Source: Bdellovibrionota bacterium (GTDB taxonomy: Bacteria; Bdellovibrionota_G; JALEGL01; DATDPG01). From it: 64,000 nucleotides of DNA. Numbering within the stretch: position 1 is the first letter of the stretch; the number at the start of each line of letters is the position of its first letter. Position numbers and translations under genes: made by a program. Shown in pieces: positions 1 through 9,076 of the stretch. The stretch lies in contig OY764265.1 of the NCBI GenBank assembly GCA_963668355.1, positions 224,001 through 288,000 of the forward strand, written 5' to 3'. The notes beneath the pieces were generated by a model that was not told the DNA's origin, ran no database searches, and saw only the letters and a program-made list of their open reading frames with translations.

Positions 1-204
1 ATTTCCAATGATTTCATGCCCTGGAACACACGGATACACGGTTCCTCCCCATTCATCCCTGGCAGTATGAATGTCCGAGTGACAAATTCCACAATGACTA
101 ATTTCAATTTGGACATCATCCTTTTCAACATCCCGTCGCTTGAATTCAAACGGAGCCAAAGGGGTTTTTGCATTGTGGGTGGCATAGCCTCGTACGTTCA
201 TCAT
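1..204 (-). CDS. Zn-dependent NAD(P) alcohol dehydrogenase (cinnamyl-ADH/YahK-like), N-terminal part; runs off the left edge
   Basis: Manual translation from ATG 204: MMNVRGYATHNAKTPLAPFEFKRRDVEKDDVQIEISHCGICHSDIH...YPCVPGHEIIG, with CGICHSD and GHE zinc motifs. SD GAGGAG upstream. Not in the ORF track. Confidence 0.9.
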   Translation of the reverse strand, partial: MMNVRGYATHNAKTPLAPFEFKRRDVEKDDVQIEISHCGICHSDIHTARDEWGGTVYPCVPGHEIIGN

Positions 205-349
205 TTTTGATCTCCTCGAAAAAAGTAGATAGAAAAACTAGCGAGAAACTTCTGGGAACACAAGCCCCCCAAACTAAAACGCTGCGACGCGCAATCTCAT
301 TCAAAAAACCCAACGAAACGCAATTTTTAGGTCACCTCAAACAAGGGAT

Positions 350-817
350 TCATTTGCCCAATTTTTGAATGATTTTCCATTCTTCCGGGCGAACCGGTTG
401 GACGGAAAGACGCGAGCCTTTTCTCAGCAACTCCATGCCTTCCAGCCCAGGCAACTCCCGCAACAGACCCAATTCCAAAACACTTTTGAACGTCTTTTGA
501 AGCTGAATATCCACAACAAACCAGCGCGGTTTTTCAAGCGTGGCCTTCGAATCAAAGTATTTTGACTTCGTGTCAAATTGAGTCGGATCGGGATATCCTT
601 CTTTGACCACTTCAGCCAAGCCAGCAATACCCACAGGGGGGGTCACCGAGTGATAGAACAAAATGCCATCCCCAATTTTCAGATCATCTCGCAGGAAATT
701 GCGAGCTTGATAATTTCGAACCCCCTCCCACATCGTTCTTTGATGAGGACTCTTGGCCAAGTCCTGAATGGAAAACGTGGTCGGTTCCGATTTCAGTAAC
801 CAATACTGCCTAGGCAT
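350..817 (-). CDS. EVE domain protein (THYN1-like, PUA/ASCH superfamily)
   Basis: Hallmark motifs YWLLKSEP, WEGVRNYQARNFLRD, FYHS and RLSVQPV. Confidence 0.93.
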   Translation of the reverse strand: MPRQYWLLKSEPTTFSIQDLAKSPHQRTMWEGVRNYQARNFLRDDLKIGDGILFYHSVTPPVGIAGLAEVVKEGYPDPTQFDTKSKYFDSKATLEKPRWFVVDIQLQKTFKSVLELGLLRELPGLEGMELLRKGSRLSVQPVRPEEWKIIQKLGK

Positions 818-818
818 T

Positions 819-1334
819 TTATTTTGAGTGAACCTTCTCTTTTACAAACCAAGCCAATATCTCAGCCAGATCACTTTGCTCTTTCCAGGTCTTGATCGAA
901 ACATGATCGAATTCCGCCGTATTCAACCCCCGAATCATGGTGGACAACTCATTGGGCCAAAAGCCTTCCTGATATAGAACCAGGATGGGTACCGTCGAAA
1001 GACCCAAACGAGGTCTCAAATAGGCATGAGTAAATTCAATTCCGGTTCCCAAGCTGGGCGTAGACATCTCAAACACACACGCATCCAAATCCCCCTCTAC
1101 AAAACCAATCATTTTTTCTCGGACATAGTTGATTCGGTCTTGTTTCGCCCTGGGCATGGGTCCGATGGCTTTTTCTTGGAGAAGTTGAATTTCTTCCAAA
1201 TCCTTTCCAGTCGTGTGTTCTGTGCAGATGGTCGCCTTATGTCTCTTCAGAAGGCCGAGAATGGCACAATAAATGCCCCTTCGATCTCCCCATTCCTTAT
1301 GACCTTGAATGGCCGCTCCAAAGAAAATTTTCAT
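819..1334 (-). CDS. Rcl/DNPH1-like nucleotide N-glycosidase (nucleoside 2-deoxyribosyltransferase superfamily), divergent
   Basis: KIFFGAAIQG / TEH / FEMSTPSLGTGIE / LSTMIRG parallel DNPH1 LYFCGSIRG / TEH / AEVTQPSLGVGYE / LSAMIRG. Confidence 0.72.
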   Translation of the reverse strand: MKIFFGAAIQGHKEWGDRRGIYCAILGLLKRHKATICTEHTTGKDLEEIQLLQEKAIGPMPRAKQDRINYVREKMIGFVEGDLDACVFEMSTPSLGTGIEFTHAYLRPRLGLSTVPILVLYQEGFWPNELSTMIRGLNTAEFDHVSIKTWKEQSDLAEILAWFVKEKVHSK

Positions 1335-1489
1335 GGGCGCCGTATTACCACAAGATGGCGCGGAGTGAGAATTTTTGGGGCATTTTTCCCAAATTTCTTC
1401 CCAATCTCGATCAATGGGGCCTGGTCAAAATCACAACAGTAAAACATAATATGACGTTTCTAGGGTTAAAACAGACCGACCGGAGCCAA

Positions 1490-2971
1490 ATGAGCAAGGT
1501 ACCCCAAAGCCGAATTCAGATATTGCGCCATGAAAGCCCCAATCCAAAAAGGGATTATGTTCTCTATTGGATGAGTCAAAACCGGCGTTTTTCTTTTAAT
1601 TTCGCCCTTGACCGAAGCATCGAACATGCAAACGAACTCAAAAAGCCTCTTCTCATTGTGGACATTCTCTTCCTCAAAGATTCTTGGGCTTCCGATCGTC
1701 ATCATCAATTTGCCCTTCAAAGCATGGCCGATCTTCAGGGACAACTCTCCCCGAGAAGCATTCAATACTATCCATTTGTGGAAAAAGAACCGGAGGGGGG
1801 GAAGGAACTCCTTCGTGCCCTCTGTAAACATGCTTGCGTCTTGATCACCGATGGCTTTCCAACATCCGCCCATATTCGAAAGGTAAAACATGCCTTACCC
1901 CCTGATCCGATTCTAATTGAGTCCATAGACTCCAACGGTCTTTTTCCCATCAAAGCGACGAAACAAATTTTCAAGACCGCCTATTCCTTTCGCAGGTTTC
2001 TTCAGAAGAATCTCATCGGGCATATTTTCCACGCCCCTGACCCGAAACCGCTCACCCATATTTCTGTTTCACGAGATCCCAAGCTTCTTCAAACCATCAC
2101 CCAACATTGGACACGGACAAACGTCTCCGATTTTCTCAAGAAAGAAGACCTCTCTTCTCTTTCCATCGATCATGAAGTCGAGCCTTGCGATCTCACAGGA
2201 GGAGAAGAATCTGCTCAGGCAACATTATCCACCTTCCTGGATGAGCGATTGCCTCGTTACGACCAAGATCGAAATCGTGTCGATGTGGCCGCCACGTCCG
2301 GCCTTTCTCCGTTCTTACAGTTCGGAAACATCTCCGTTCACGATATCTTCCAACACCTGGCGAAACTTGAGAACTGGACGCCGGACCAACTCTCAGAAAA
2401 AACGGATGGAAAACGCTCTGGCTGGTGGGGAATGGGCTCCAATGCCGAATCTTTCTTGGATGAACTCATCACGTGGCGAGAAATTGGTTTCAACCGTTGC
2501 GCCCTCCAACCAACCTATGATCGCTTTGACACCCTTCCGTCATGGGCCCAAGAGACCCTCGCCAAGCATAGCAAGGATCCAAGGCCTCATCTTTATACCC
2601 TCCGACAACTTGAGATGGCCCAAACTCACGATGCATTGTGGAATGCCGCGCAAAACCAACTACGAACGAAAGGAATCATTCACAACTATATGCGCATGCT
2701 TTGGGGGAAAAAGATTCTTGAATGGTCGCCTTCCCCTCAGAAAGCTCTCAAAAATATGATCCACTTAAATGACAAGTATGCTCTGGATGGACAAAACCCA
2801 AACTCCTATAGCGGAATTTTCTGGATTCTGGGAAGGTTTGACCGAGCTTGGGGACCAGAGCGCCCCATTTTTGGAAAAGTTCGGTATATGAGTTCTGAAA
2901 ACACGCAAAGGAAAATGAATGTCAAACCCTACCTACAAATGTTTGCGTCCAAAACATTGAAGGCGCTGTGA
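1490..2971 (+). CDS. phr: Class II CPD DNA photolyase
   Basis: YVLYWM, TSGLSPFLQFG, IHNYMRMLWGKKILEW and LNDKYALDGQNPNSY class II motifs. Start placed at ATG 1490 (GGAG upstream); ORF track starts at 1355. Confidence 0.9.
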   Translation: MSKVPQSRIQILRHESPNPKRDYVLYWMSQNRRFSFNFALDRSIEHANELKKPLLIVDILFLKDSWASDRHHQFALQSMADLQGQLSPRSIQYYPFVEKEPEGGKELLRALCKHACVLITDGFPTSAHIRKVKHALPPDPILIESIDSNGLFPIKATKQIFKTAYSFRRFLQKNLIGHIFHAPDPKPLTHISVSRDPKLLQTITQHWTRTNVSDFLKKEDLSSLSIDHEVEPCDLTGGEESAQATLSTFLDERLPRYDQDRNRVDVAATSGLSPFLQFGNISVHDIFQHLAKLENWTPDQLSEKTDGKRSGWWGMGSNAESFLDELITWREIGFNRCALQPTYDRFDTLPSWAQETLAKHSKDPRPHLYTLRQLEMAQTHDALWNAAQNQLRTKGIIHNYMRMLWGKKILEWSPSPQKALKNMIHLNDKYALDGQNPNSYSGIFWILGRFDRAWGPERPIFGKVRYMSSENTQRKMNVKPYLQMFASKTLKAL

Positions 2972-3870
2972 TGAGGATTCTTCTTTCGGGATCCACAGGC
3001 CTCATCGGTAAAGTGACCGCTCATCATTTTCGAAAGCAAGGGCACGAAATCATTCCGATGGTTCGAAAAAAAGGGAGTGCCCCCACTAAAAGTATTTTCT
3101 GGGATCCGAGTCATAATCGAATTGATTTGGAACAAATGGAGTCTTTTGACGGGGTCATTCATCTCGCGGGCGAAAACATTGCCAATCAGCGTTGGTCCAC
3201 GGAAAAAAAGAAGCGAATTCGGACAAGTCGAGTCAATGGAACCCGGTTGATCGCAACGCCCTTGGCCCATCTTCCCAAAAAACCGAGCTTTTTCATTTGT
3301 GCCTCTGCCATCGGCTTCTATGGAGATCGAAGAGAAGAGATCTTAACCGAGAAAAGTCCTTCAGGAGTTGGTTTCCTGCCAGAAGTGGTGTCCGAATGGG
3401 AAGAGGCCGCGACGCCTGCGTCAAAAGCTGGCATTCGAACTGTAAATTTACGAATCGGAGTGGTCCTATCGTCTCAAGGAGGCGCGCTACGACGTCTCCT
3501 GAAACCTTTTCGGCTTGGATTCGGAGGAAGAGTGGGTTCCGGAAAACAATACATGAGTTGGGTCAGTCTCGACGATGTGGTTCGCATCATCGAATATTGC
3601 ATCCATCATGAAATTTCTGGACCAGTGAACGCCGTCGCTCCAAATCCAATCACGAACCAAGAGTTTACCGCTCAACTTGGTCGCATTTTGAAGCGACCAA
3701 CCTTTTTCCCTCTTCCGGCCTGTGTGGCCAGAACACTATTGGGAGAAATGGCCGAAGCACTCCTTCTATCCAGCGCTCGCGTTTACCCTGAACGCCTCCA
3801 ACAGGATGGTTTCAAATTTTCACATCCAACCCTCGACATAGCCTTACGAGACATCCTCACCAACCGCTAA
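2968..3870 (+). CDS. TIGR01777-family NAD-dependent epimerase/oxidoreductase (YfcH-like)
   Basis: GSTGLIG Rossmann motif, HLAGENIA, SRV, ASAIGFYG, GSGKQYMSW, GPVNAVAP. Confidence 0.9.
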   Translation: MMRILLSGSTGLIGKVTAHHFRKQGHEIIPMVRKKGSAPTKSIFWDPSHNRIDLEQMESFDGVIHLAGENIANQRWSTEKKKRIRTSRVNGTRLIATPLAHLPKKPSFFICASAIGFYGDRREEILTEKSPSGVGFLPEVVSEWEEAATPASKAGIRTVNLRIGVVLSSQGGALRRLLKPFRLGFGGRVGSGKQYMSWVSLDDVVRIIEYCIHHEISGPVNAVAPNPITNQEFTAQLGRILKRPTFFPLPACVARTLLGEMAEALLLSSARVYPERLQQDGFKFSHPTLDIALRDILTNR

Positions 3871-3909
3871 AACCACACCACTTTTTTATTTGACCTTGCC
3901 TGAGAAATA

Positions 3910-3929
3910 TTGTTAGGTGATCCTAACAA
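3910..3929. promoter_or_regulatory. DtxR/MntR-type operator palindrome abutting the regulator start codon
   Basis: Perfect inverted repeat TTGTTAGG-TGAT-CCTAACAA ending at ATG 3930. TTAGG-N4-CCTAA resembles DtxR-family boxes. TTGACC at 3890. Confidence 0.7.
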
Positions 3930-4439
3930 ATGATCAAAATTGGAACGATATCTCCGAGCTTGGAAGACTATTTGGAACGCGTCTTTGACCTACTTCGAGA
4001 AGAAGGCGTGGCCCGCGTAAGCGACATAGCCAAAAGAAAGTCTGTACGAAAGGCCAGCGTAAACGAAGCCATGGGAAAGCTCGAAAAAGAGGGACTCGTT
4101 TCACGTGACTACTATGGCACCATTGCCCTCACCCCCGAAGGGGCAAAACTTGCGAAAGCCTTGGAAAAAAGGCATGGCGTTCTACAACGATTTTTTTCGG
4201 AAGTCCTTCGTGTCCCCCCCGCCATAGCCAACCAAGATGCATGCACCGTCGAACACCACATCCACCCTGAAACCGTTGAAGGGCTAAGTAAGTTTTTTGA
4301 CTTTTTGGACCATTGTCCAGACGGAGGAAATTCTTGGTTAAGACCTTTTCACGACTGTTGTCAGATTGCCCCCTCTGATTCTTCGTGTTCCAACTGTGGG
4401 TTGGACCACTCTCCCCGGAACAAAGAAGTACGTTTGTAG
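3930..4439 (+). CDS. DtxR/MntR-family metal-dependent transcriptional regulator with Cys-rich tail
   Basis: SLEDYLE, ARVSDIA..ASVNEAM (HTH), LTPEG, RH..L..FF, DACTVEHHI metal site. Confidence 0.9.
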   Translation: MIKIGTISPSLEDYLERVFDLLREEGVARVSDIAKRKSVRKASVNEAMGKLEKEGLVSRDYYGTIALTPEGAKLAKALEKRHGVLQRFFSEVLRVPPAIANQDACTVEHHIHPETVEGLSKFFDFLDHCPDGGNSWLRPFHDCCQIAPSDSSCSNCGLDHSPRNKEVRL

Positions 4440-4453
4440 TTTTTTTAAACATG

Positions 4454-4473
4454 AAGTTAGGCATGCCATACTT
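4454..4473. promoter_or_regulatory. Second, imperfect DtxR-type box
   Basis: AAGTTAGG-CATG-CCATACTT, same geometry as 3910-3929, about 30 nt before ORF 4503. Confidence 0.5.
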
Positions 4474-4502
4474 TCAAACACTCCACCTAAGAGGTTATAC
4501 AC

Positions 4503-4715
4503 ATGAATGATTCTTTATCCTGCAAGTCGGGCTTCCCTTTTAATCTTCGTCCCTGCGAATGTGGCATGGTGCACATCTCCATAGGTCCGGTTAGCTTCAA
4601 CATTTCTCAGAAAACATTTGGATTGTTTGCCTCTGAAGTGCACCGAGTTGCACAAAAAATATCTTCTCCAAAAAGAACATGGACTTCATCAGAAACAAGC
4701 AAATCCATTCATTAG
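4503..4715 (+). CDS. Small hypothetical protein with CxCGxxH motif
   Basis: 70 aa, SD AAGAGG, PCECGMVHISIG. Confidence 0.6.
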   Translation: MNDSLSCKSGFPFNLRPCECGMVHISIGPVSFNISQKTFGLFASEVHRVAQKISSPKRTWTSSETSKSIH

Positions 4716-4728
4716 TTTAGGAGTACTT

Positions 4729-5355
4729 ATGTCTTTCAAAACAACTTTTGCCCTTTCGATTTTCCTCTGCTCTATCTTTTTCTTGGATTTAGGTCCGGCT
4801 TTCGCGAGTTCAAACGCCCCTAATTTTTGCAAGCTCGAAATAACGGGAGAAGTAACCATCCGAAACAAATGGGAGGATCAGATTCAAACCTCTCATGTTC
4901 ATTTTGAAGATCTTGACCCAGACTCCTGTCTTGAAAAAGGGATTTCCCTCCTGGAGCGAGATAGCCTCCCTTATGGAATCGTAAACGTGCGTTTTCGTGG
5001 GAAACAGCCTCGATCCATGCACCCTCTTGAGATTCATGTGCGAGCGAGCTCTCTGCAAGATAGGTACGACATCATTTTGAAAAAGACATATCTTCCGTAT
5101 CCCACATCTTTTTTGGGGGCCTGCAATCAGTTGGTCAGAGATTTTCTAAATCGAAAACAAAAAAACCCCTCCTGCAAAATCGCGTATCTCCGAAATCAAA
5201 GCCGAGAACAAGAAACCATTCCCATCACCGATGCATTTCGTTGTCTTGAAGAAGGTTTGCTCATTTCAAAGAGAAGTGATGCATCCTCCATTCAAATTTA
5301 CGCCCTAGACGAAGCCATCGAAATCAAAGCTTTGTTTCAAAACCAAAATATTTAA
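4729..5355 (+). CDS. Hypothetical secreted protein
   Basis: SD AGGAG before ATG 4729; signal peptide ending ...GPAFA; several Cys. Confidence 0.65.
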   Translation: MSFKTTFALSIFLCSIFFLDLGPAFASSNAPNFCKLEITGEVTIRNKWEDQIQTSHVHFEDLDPDSCLEKGISLLERDSLPYGIVNVRFRGKQPRSMHPLEIHVRASSLQDRYDIILKKTYLPYPTSFLGACNQLVRDFLNRKQKNPSCKIAYLRNQSREQETIPITDAFRCLEEGLLISKRSDASSIQIYALDEAIEIKALFQNQNI

Positions 5356-8300
5356 GGAGTTCTCAGGTTCGAATTCGTAAAGTACGCCCTCACCTTTTCA
5401 AAATAATAAAATGTCACGGGGATAAGTAGGAGTGTGAAGAAGAGAGAGCCCAGCATGCCTCCCACAACTACACCACCGATTGCCGATTTGGCCCCCATCG
5501 AATCAAAAATCTGGGGCAAAGCCCCCATCACAATGGCCAAGGAAGTCATGATAATCGTCCGAAACCGAGCTTCTGTGCCAGCCCACAAAGCGTCAATTAA
5601 AGAATCATGATCTTTCCGTCGCTGTAAAGTTGCATCAATGACTAAAATGGCGTTGTTCACCACCAAACCAACCACCATCACCATCGCCATCATGGCTCCA
5701 ATGTTGATCGAAAACTCCATAAAAAAGAGGAAATAAAACACGCCAACAAAAGACGTTAAAACTGACGTCATGATGACAAACGGATATCCAAAGGAATTCA
5801 TCAGTCCCACAAGCAGCATATACGTTAATATCACGGCCAGAATGAAGGCATTTCCCAACTCCCGATTGGATTCATCTTGATGCTCAGCATTTCCAACGTA
5901 CATGTACCCAGTGTTCTCAGGAAAATCGTAGTCTTTGAATTCTTCGTCTAAAAAGGTTCGAACCTCTCCCAAGGTTCCTTTTTGCAAATAAGACTGAATC
6001 TGGATGATGGAACGCTTATCTCGTCTTTGAAGCCTTGGCAAAACCTTCAACTCTTGAATTTCTCCCAACCTTTTTACGGGAACGTATCCTCGATCTGAAA
6101 GCACTTCTAACTGCGCGATATCCCCCACATCCGTCTTAAACACGTCTGCCAACTCAACATTAACATCGTATTCTTCACCTTCTTCCTTGTAGATATTGTC
6201 GTCATTCCCATTGACCAATGCCCGCACTGTCGTACCGACCTCCGAGGTTTTCAAGTTATAAGAAATTAAAGTTTCTTCATTTGGAATAAAACGAACTTCA
6301 TCTTTCAACCCTCGATAGGACGAGGTCACACTTCGAAAGAACCCACTGTCGGCCATCTTCTCTTTCATCTTTTCGGCAATTGGGATCAACTCTTCCAGCG
6401 AATCTCCAAAGATATGGATGTCCACATCGGACTCCGTGTTACTTGCAGTGGCTTCCCGATTAAAATTGATTTCAGCATCGGGAATTTTGGCCACCAGTGG
6501 AATCAATTCATTGATGATATCCACATCCCTTTTCTTTCGATGGTCCCGGTGCACGAGTGTAACTTTGATCGAAGCCTCATCCATGGAATCTCCACCGATA
6601 TTGGAAACAACATCAATCACTTCATCATAGTTGAGCAGCATTTTTTCGATTTTTTCAGCTACCTGTGTTGTTTGTTCCAAGTTTGTTCCGGGCGGCATCG
6701 AAATCATCACCAAGAGTTCATTTTGATCCGATGTGGGGACAAATTCACTTCCAAGGTACCTAACCGGATAGGCAATCGACAAGACGGATACGATACCGAT
6801 GCCAAAAACGAGAATGGGGTGACGAAAGGAAAAATCAAAAACACGACGATATTCTTTCAGAGATAACTTTTCCATGCGTTCGGAAAAACGGGTCATCCAT
6901 CGAACCATTCGAGCGATGGGACCAAGTTTTTTCTTTTCCATATCGGTTTTGGGTTTAAGCAAAATCCCGCACATCATGGGCGTGAGAGAAAAGGAGGCTA
7001 CTAAGGAAAAAATCGTGACATATATGATGGTCATTCCGAAATGAGACATGAACTGCCCAACGATCCCACCCATAAACGCCATCGGTGTAAACACGCACAG
7101 ATTCGTGCCTGCCGCTGCCAAGACTGCAACCGTCACCTCTTTGGTGCCATCAATGGCCGCTTGTTGAGGAGGAGACCCACGACGAATATGCTGTTCGACC
7201 GCCTCGATAATTACCAAAGCATTTGCGATCAACGTTCCCAGAGCCGTTGCCACAGCCAATAGGGTAGCAAAATTGATGGTCATCCCGTTGAGGGACATCG
7301 GGAAGAATGCAGATACAATGGAAGTTGGAATCACCACCGCAGCAACGGCTGTTACCCGAAACTTTCCAATAAACGCCAACAAGATTAATACCGTTAGTGC
7401 GATACCGAACAAAATATTCACAAGTGTTCGATCGCGACTTTCCAAAATCTTTTCCGCAGACTGATAGACACTTTTTAATTGCATACCCTTGGGGAGAGAA
7501 GAAGAAATTTCTTCCAACCTTTCATTCAAACGCTCTGCAATTAAAACGGCATTTCCATCGGAAAGCTTCATAACGGAAAGACCCACAACCTCCTTGCCAT
7601 TGTGCCTGGCCGAACTCTCTACCTCCTTATAAGAATCAGAAACAGTCGCAATATCTGAGATCTTGATCTTCGTGTTGTCCTTGGTAACCAAGAAAAGATT
7701 TCTAATTTCATCTATATTTTTGAATTCGCCATATGTTCGAACTGAAATCCGATCTCTTAAATAATCGTAAGCTCCACCCGGAACACTGATATTTCGCGCT
7801 CGAATGGCTCCAATGACATCATTGATCGAGACGTAGTGTTGCTTCATAAGAAGCGGATCCACCATGACATTAATTTGTCGCTCTTTTCCCCCGTACACGT
7901 CAACCGACGCTACTCCCGGGATCGTACTGATTCGATCAGACAACTTCTTATCGGCAAATTCATAAAGATCCCTTAGATCATGTTGATCGCTGTAGAGGAC
8001 GAGTTCGACGATCGGTTGCACCAAGGGATCAAACTTTGAGACTTCCGGCCGCTCTGCATCTTCTGGGAGATCATTTAAAATGGTTTCAATTTTATCCTTC
8101 ACTTCCATGCCTTTGACATCCACATCAACCCCTAAGTTGAACTCGATGAGCGTCAAAGCAAAATTTTCGTATATTTCGGCGTTGATCTTCTTGATGTCGG
8201 ATATCTCAGCCACCACGTCTTCAATCTTTTTGACGATCTGAGTTTCGATTTCCTTAGGAGAGGCTCCCGCATACTCGGTCCTGACCGAAACAATGGGGAA

Positions 8301-8417
8301 CTCGATTTTTGGAAACAATTCCGTCGAAAGATTTGAATAGGATCGAATCCCCAAAACAACAAAGACCAAGACAAAGACAATCGTCATGGCCGGACGTGAC
8401 ACAAACATTCGGATCAT
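5352..8417 (-). CDS. RND efflux transporter permease (AcrB/AcrD/AcrF family)
   Basis: 1021 aa; FVSRP, ELFPKIEFP, YAGASP, GLVVNNAILVID, RFRTIIMTS. Confidence 0.95.
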   Translation of the reverse strand: MIRMFVSRPAMTIVFVLVFVVLGIRSYSNLSTELFPKIEFPIVSVRTEYAGASPKEIETQIVKKIEDVVAEISDIKKINAEIYENFALTLIEFNLGVDVDVKGMEVKDKIETILNDLPEDAERPEVSKFDPLVQPIVELVLYSDQHDLRDLYEFADKKLSDRISTIPGVASVDVYGGKERQINVMVDPLLMKQHYVSINDVIGAIRARNISVPGGAYDYLRDRISVRTYGEFKNIDEIRNLFLVTKDNTKIKISDIATVSDSYKEVESSARHNGKEVVGLSVMKLSDGNAVLIAERLNERLEEISSSLPKGMQLKSVYQSAEKILESRDRTLVNILFGIALTVLILLAFIGKFRVTAVAAVVIPTSIVSAFFPMSLNGMTINFATLLAVATALGTLIANALVIIEAVEQHIRRGSPPQQAAIDGTKEVTVAVLAAAGTNLCVFTPMAFMGGIVGQFMSHFGMTIIYVTIFSLVASFSLTPMMCGILLKPKTDMEKKKLGPIARMVRWMTRFSERMEKLSLKEYRRVFDFSFRHPILVFGIGIVSVLSIAYPVRYLGSEFVPTSDQNELLVMISMPPGTNLEQTTQVAEKIEKMLLNYDEVIDVVSNIGGDSMDEASIKVTLVHRDHRKKRDVDIINELIPLVAKIPDAEINFNREATASNTESDVDIHIFGDSLEELIPIAEKMKEKMADSGFFRSVTSSYRGLKDEVRFIPNEETLISYNLKTSEVGTTVRALVNGNDDNIYKEEGEEYDVNVELADVFKTDVGDIAQLEVLSDRGYVPVKRLGEIQELKVLPRLQRRDKRSIIQIQSYLQKGTLGEVRTFLDEEFKDYDFPENTGYMYVGNAEHQDESNRELGNAFILAVILTYMLLVGLMNSFGYPFVIMTSVLTSFVGVFYFLFFMEFSINIGAMMAMVMVVGLVVNNAILVIDATLQRRKDHDSLIDALWAGTEARFRTIIMTSLAIVMGALPQIFDSMGAKSAIGGVVVGGMLGSLFFTLLLIPVTFYYFEKVRAYFTNSNLRTP

Positions 8418-9076
8418 GAGTGTTCTCCTCTCTCAACGACTTGCACAAGATCTCCTTCGTTCAATTGAGAGGCCCCACGAAACACAACTAAGTCGCCCGC
8501 CTTTAACCCAGACAAGACTTCGGCAAAGCCATCGGCCAACATGCCCACTTCTATATTCTTTTGAGTTACTCGATCCTCCTGAAACACCCACACATACCTT
8601 TGATCGCCTTCCTCCTGAATTGCCATTTGAGGAAGAGTCAGGGCCCGTTGACTTCCAAAGACAAAAGCATGGGCCAAAATTTCATTTGGAGAGATCTTGC
8701 GATCATGGGGGACAAAAAAAGTGACTGAAGACAAGCCTGTCATTGGATCCACTCGACCTTTTATGCTTTTGATACAGGGGCGCCCTGCTTGAAAAGGATT
8801 TGACGAACATTTTTTCATGGATCGAATTTTTTTCAACAACACGGGAGAAATGTCCGTCTGGACAAATCCGCCTTTTCTCACGTGTCCACTTAACACAAGT
8901 TGACGGTTCAAATTACGATACTGAACCATTCGAGTGGCAACAGGCTTTCCCTTCTCAGCCCATTCCGAAAAAATGCTGATGGTTTTTGCTTCCAGCTTAG
9001 ACTGGATAACATCGGCCTTCCATACAACCAACAAAATGAACACCAACGTCAAAATGATGTACAAAATTTTTCTCAT
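8414..9076 (-). CDS. RND periplasmic adaptor (MFP), short
   Basis: N-terminal TM, C-terminal EVLSGLKAGDLVV; sits between TolC and RND genes. Confidence 0.8.
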   Translation of the reverse strand: MRKILYIILTLVFILLVVWKADVIQSKLEAKTISIFSEWAEKGKPVATRMVQYRNLNRQLVLSGHVRKGGFVQTDISPVLLKKIRSMKKCSSNPFQAGRPCIKSIKGRVDPMTGLSSVTFFVPHDRKISPNEILAHAFVFGSQRALTLPQMAIQEEGDQRYVWVFQEDRVTQKNIEVGMLADGFAEVLSGLKAGDLVVFRGASQLNEGDLVQVVERGEHS

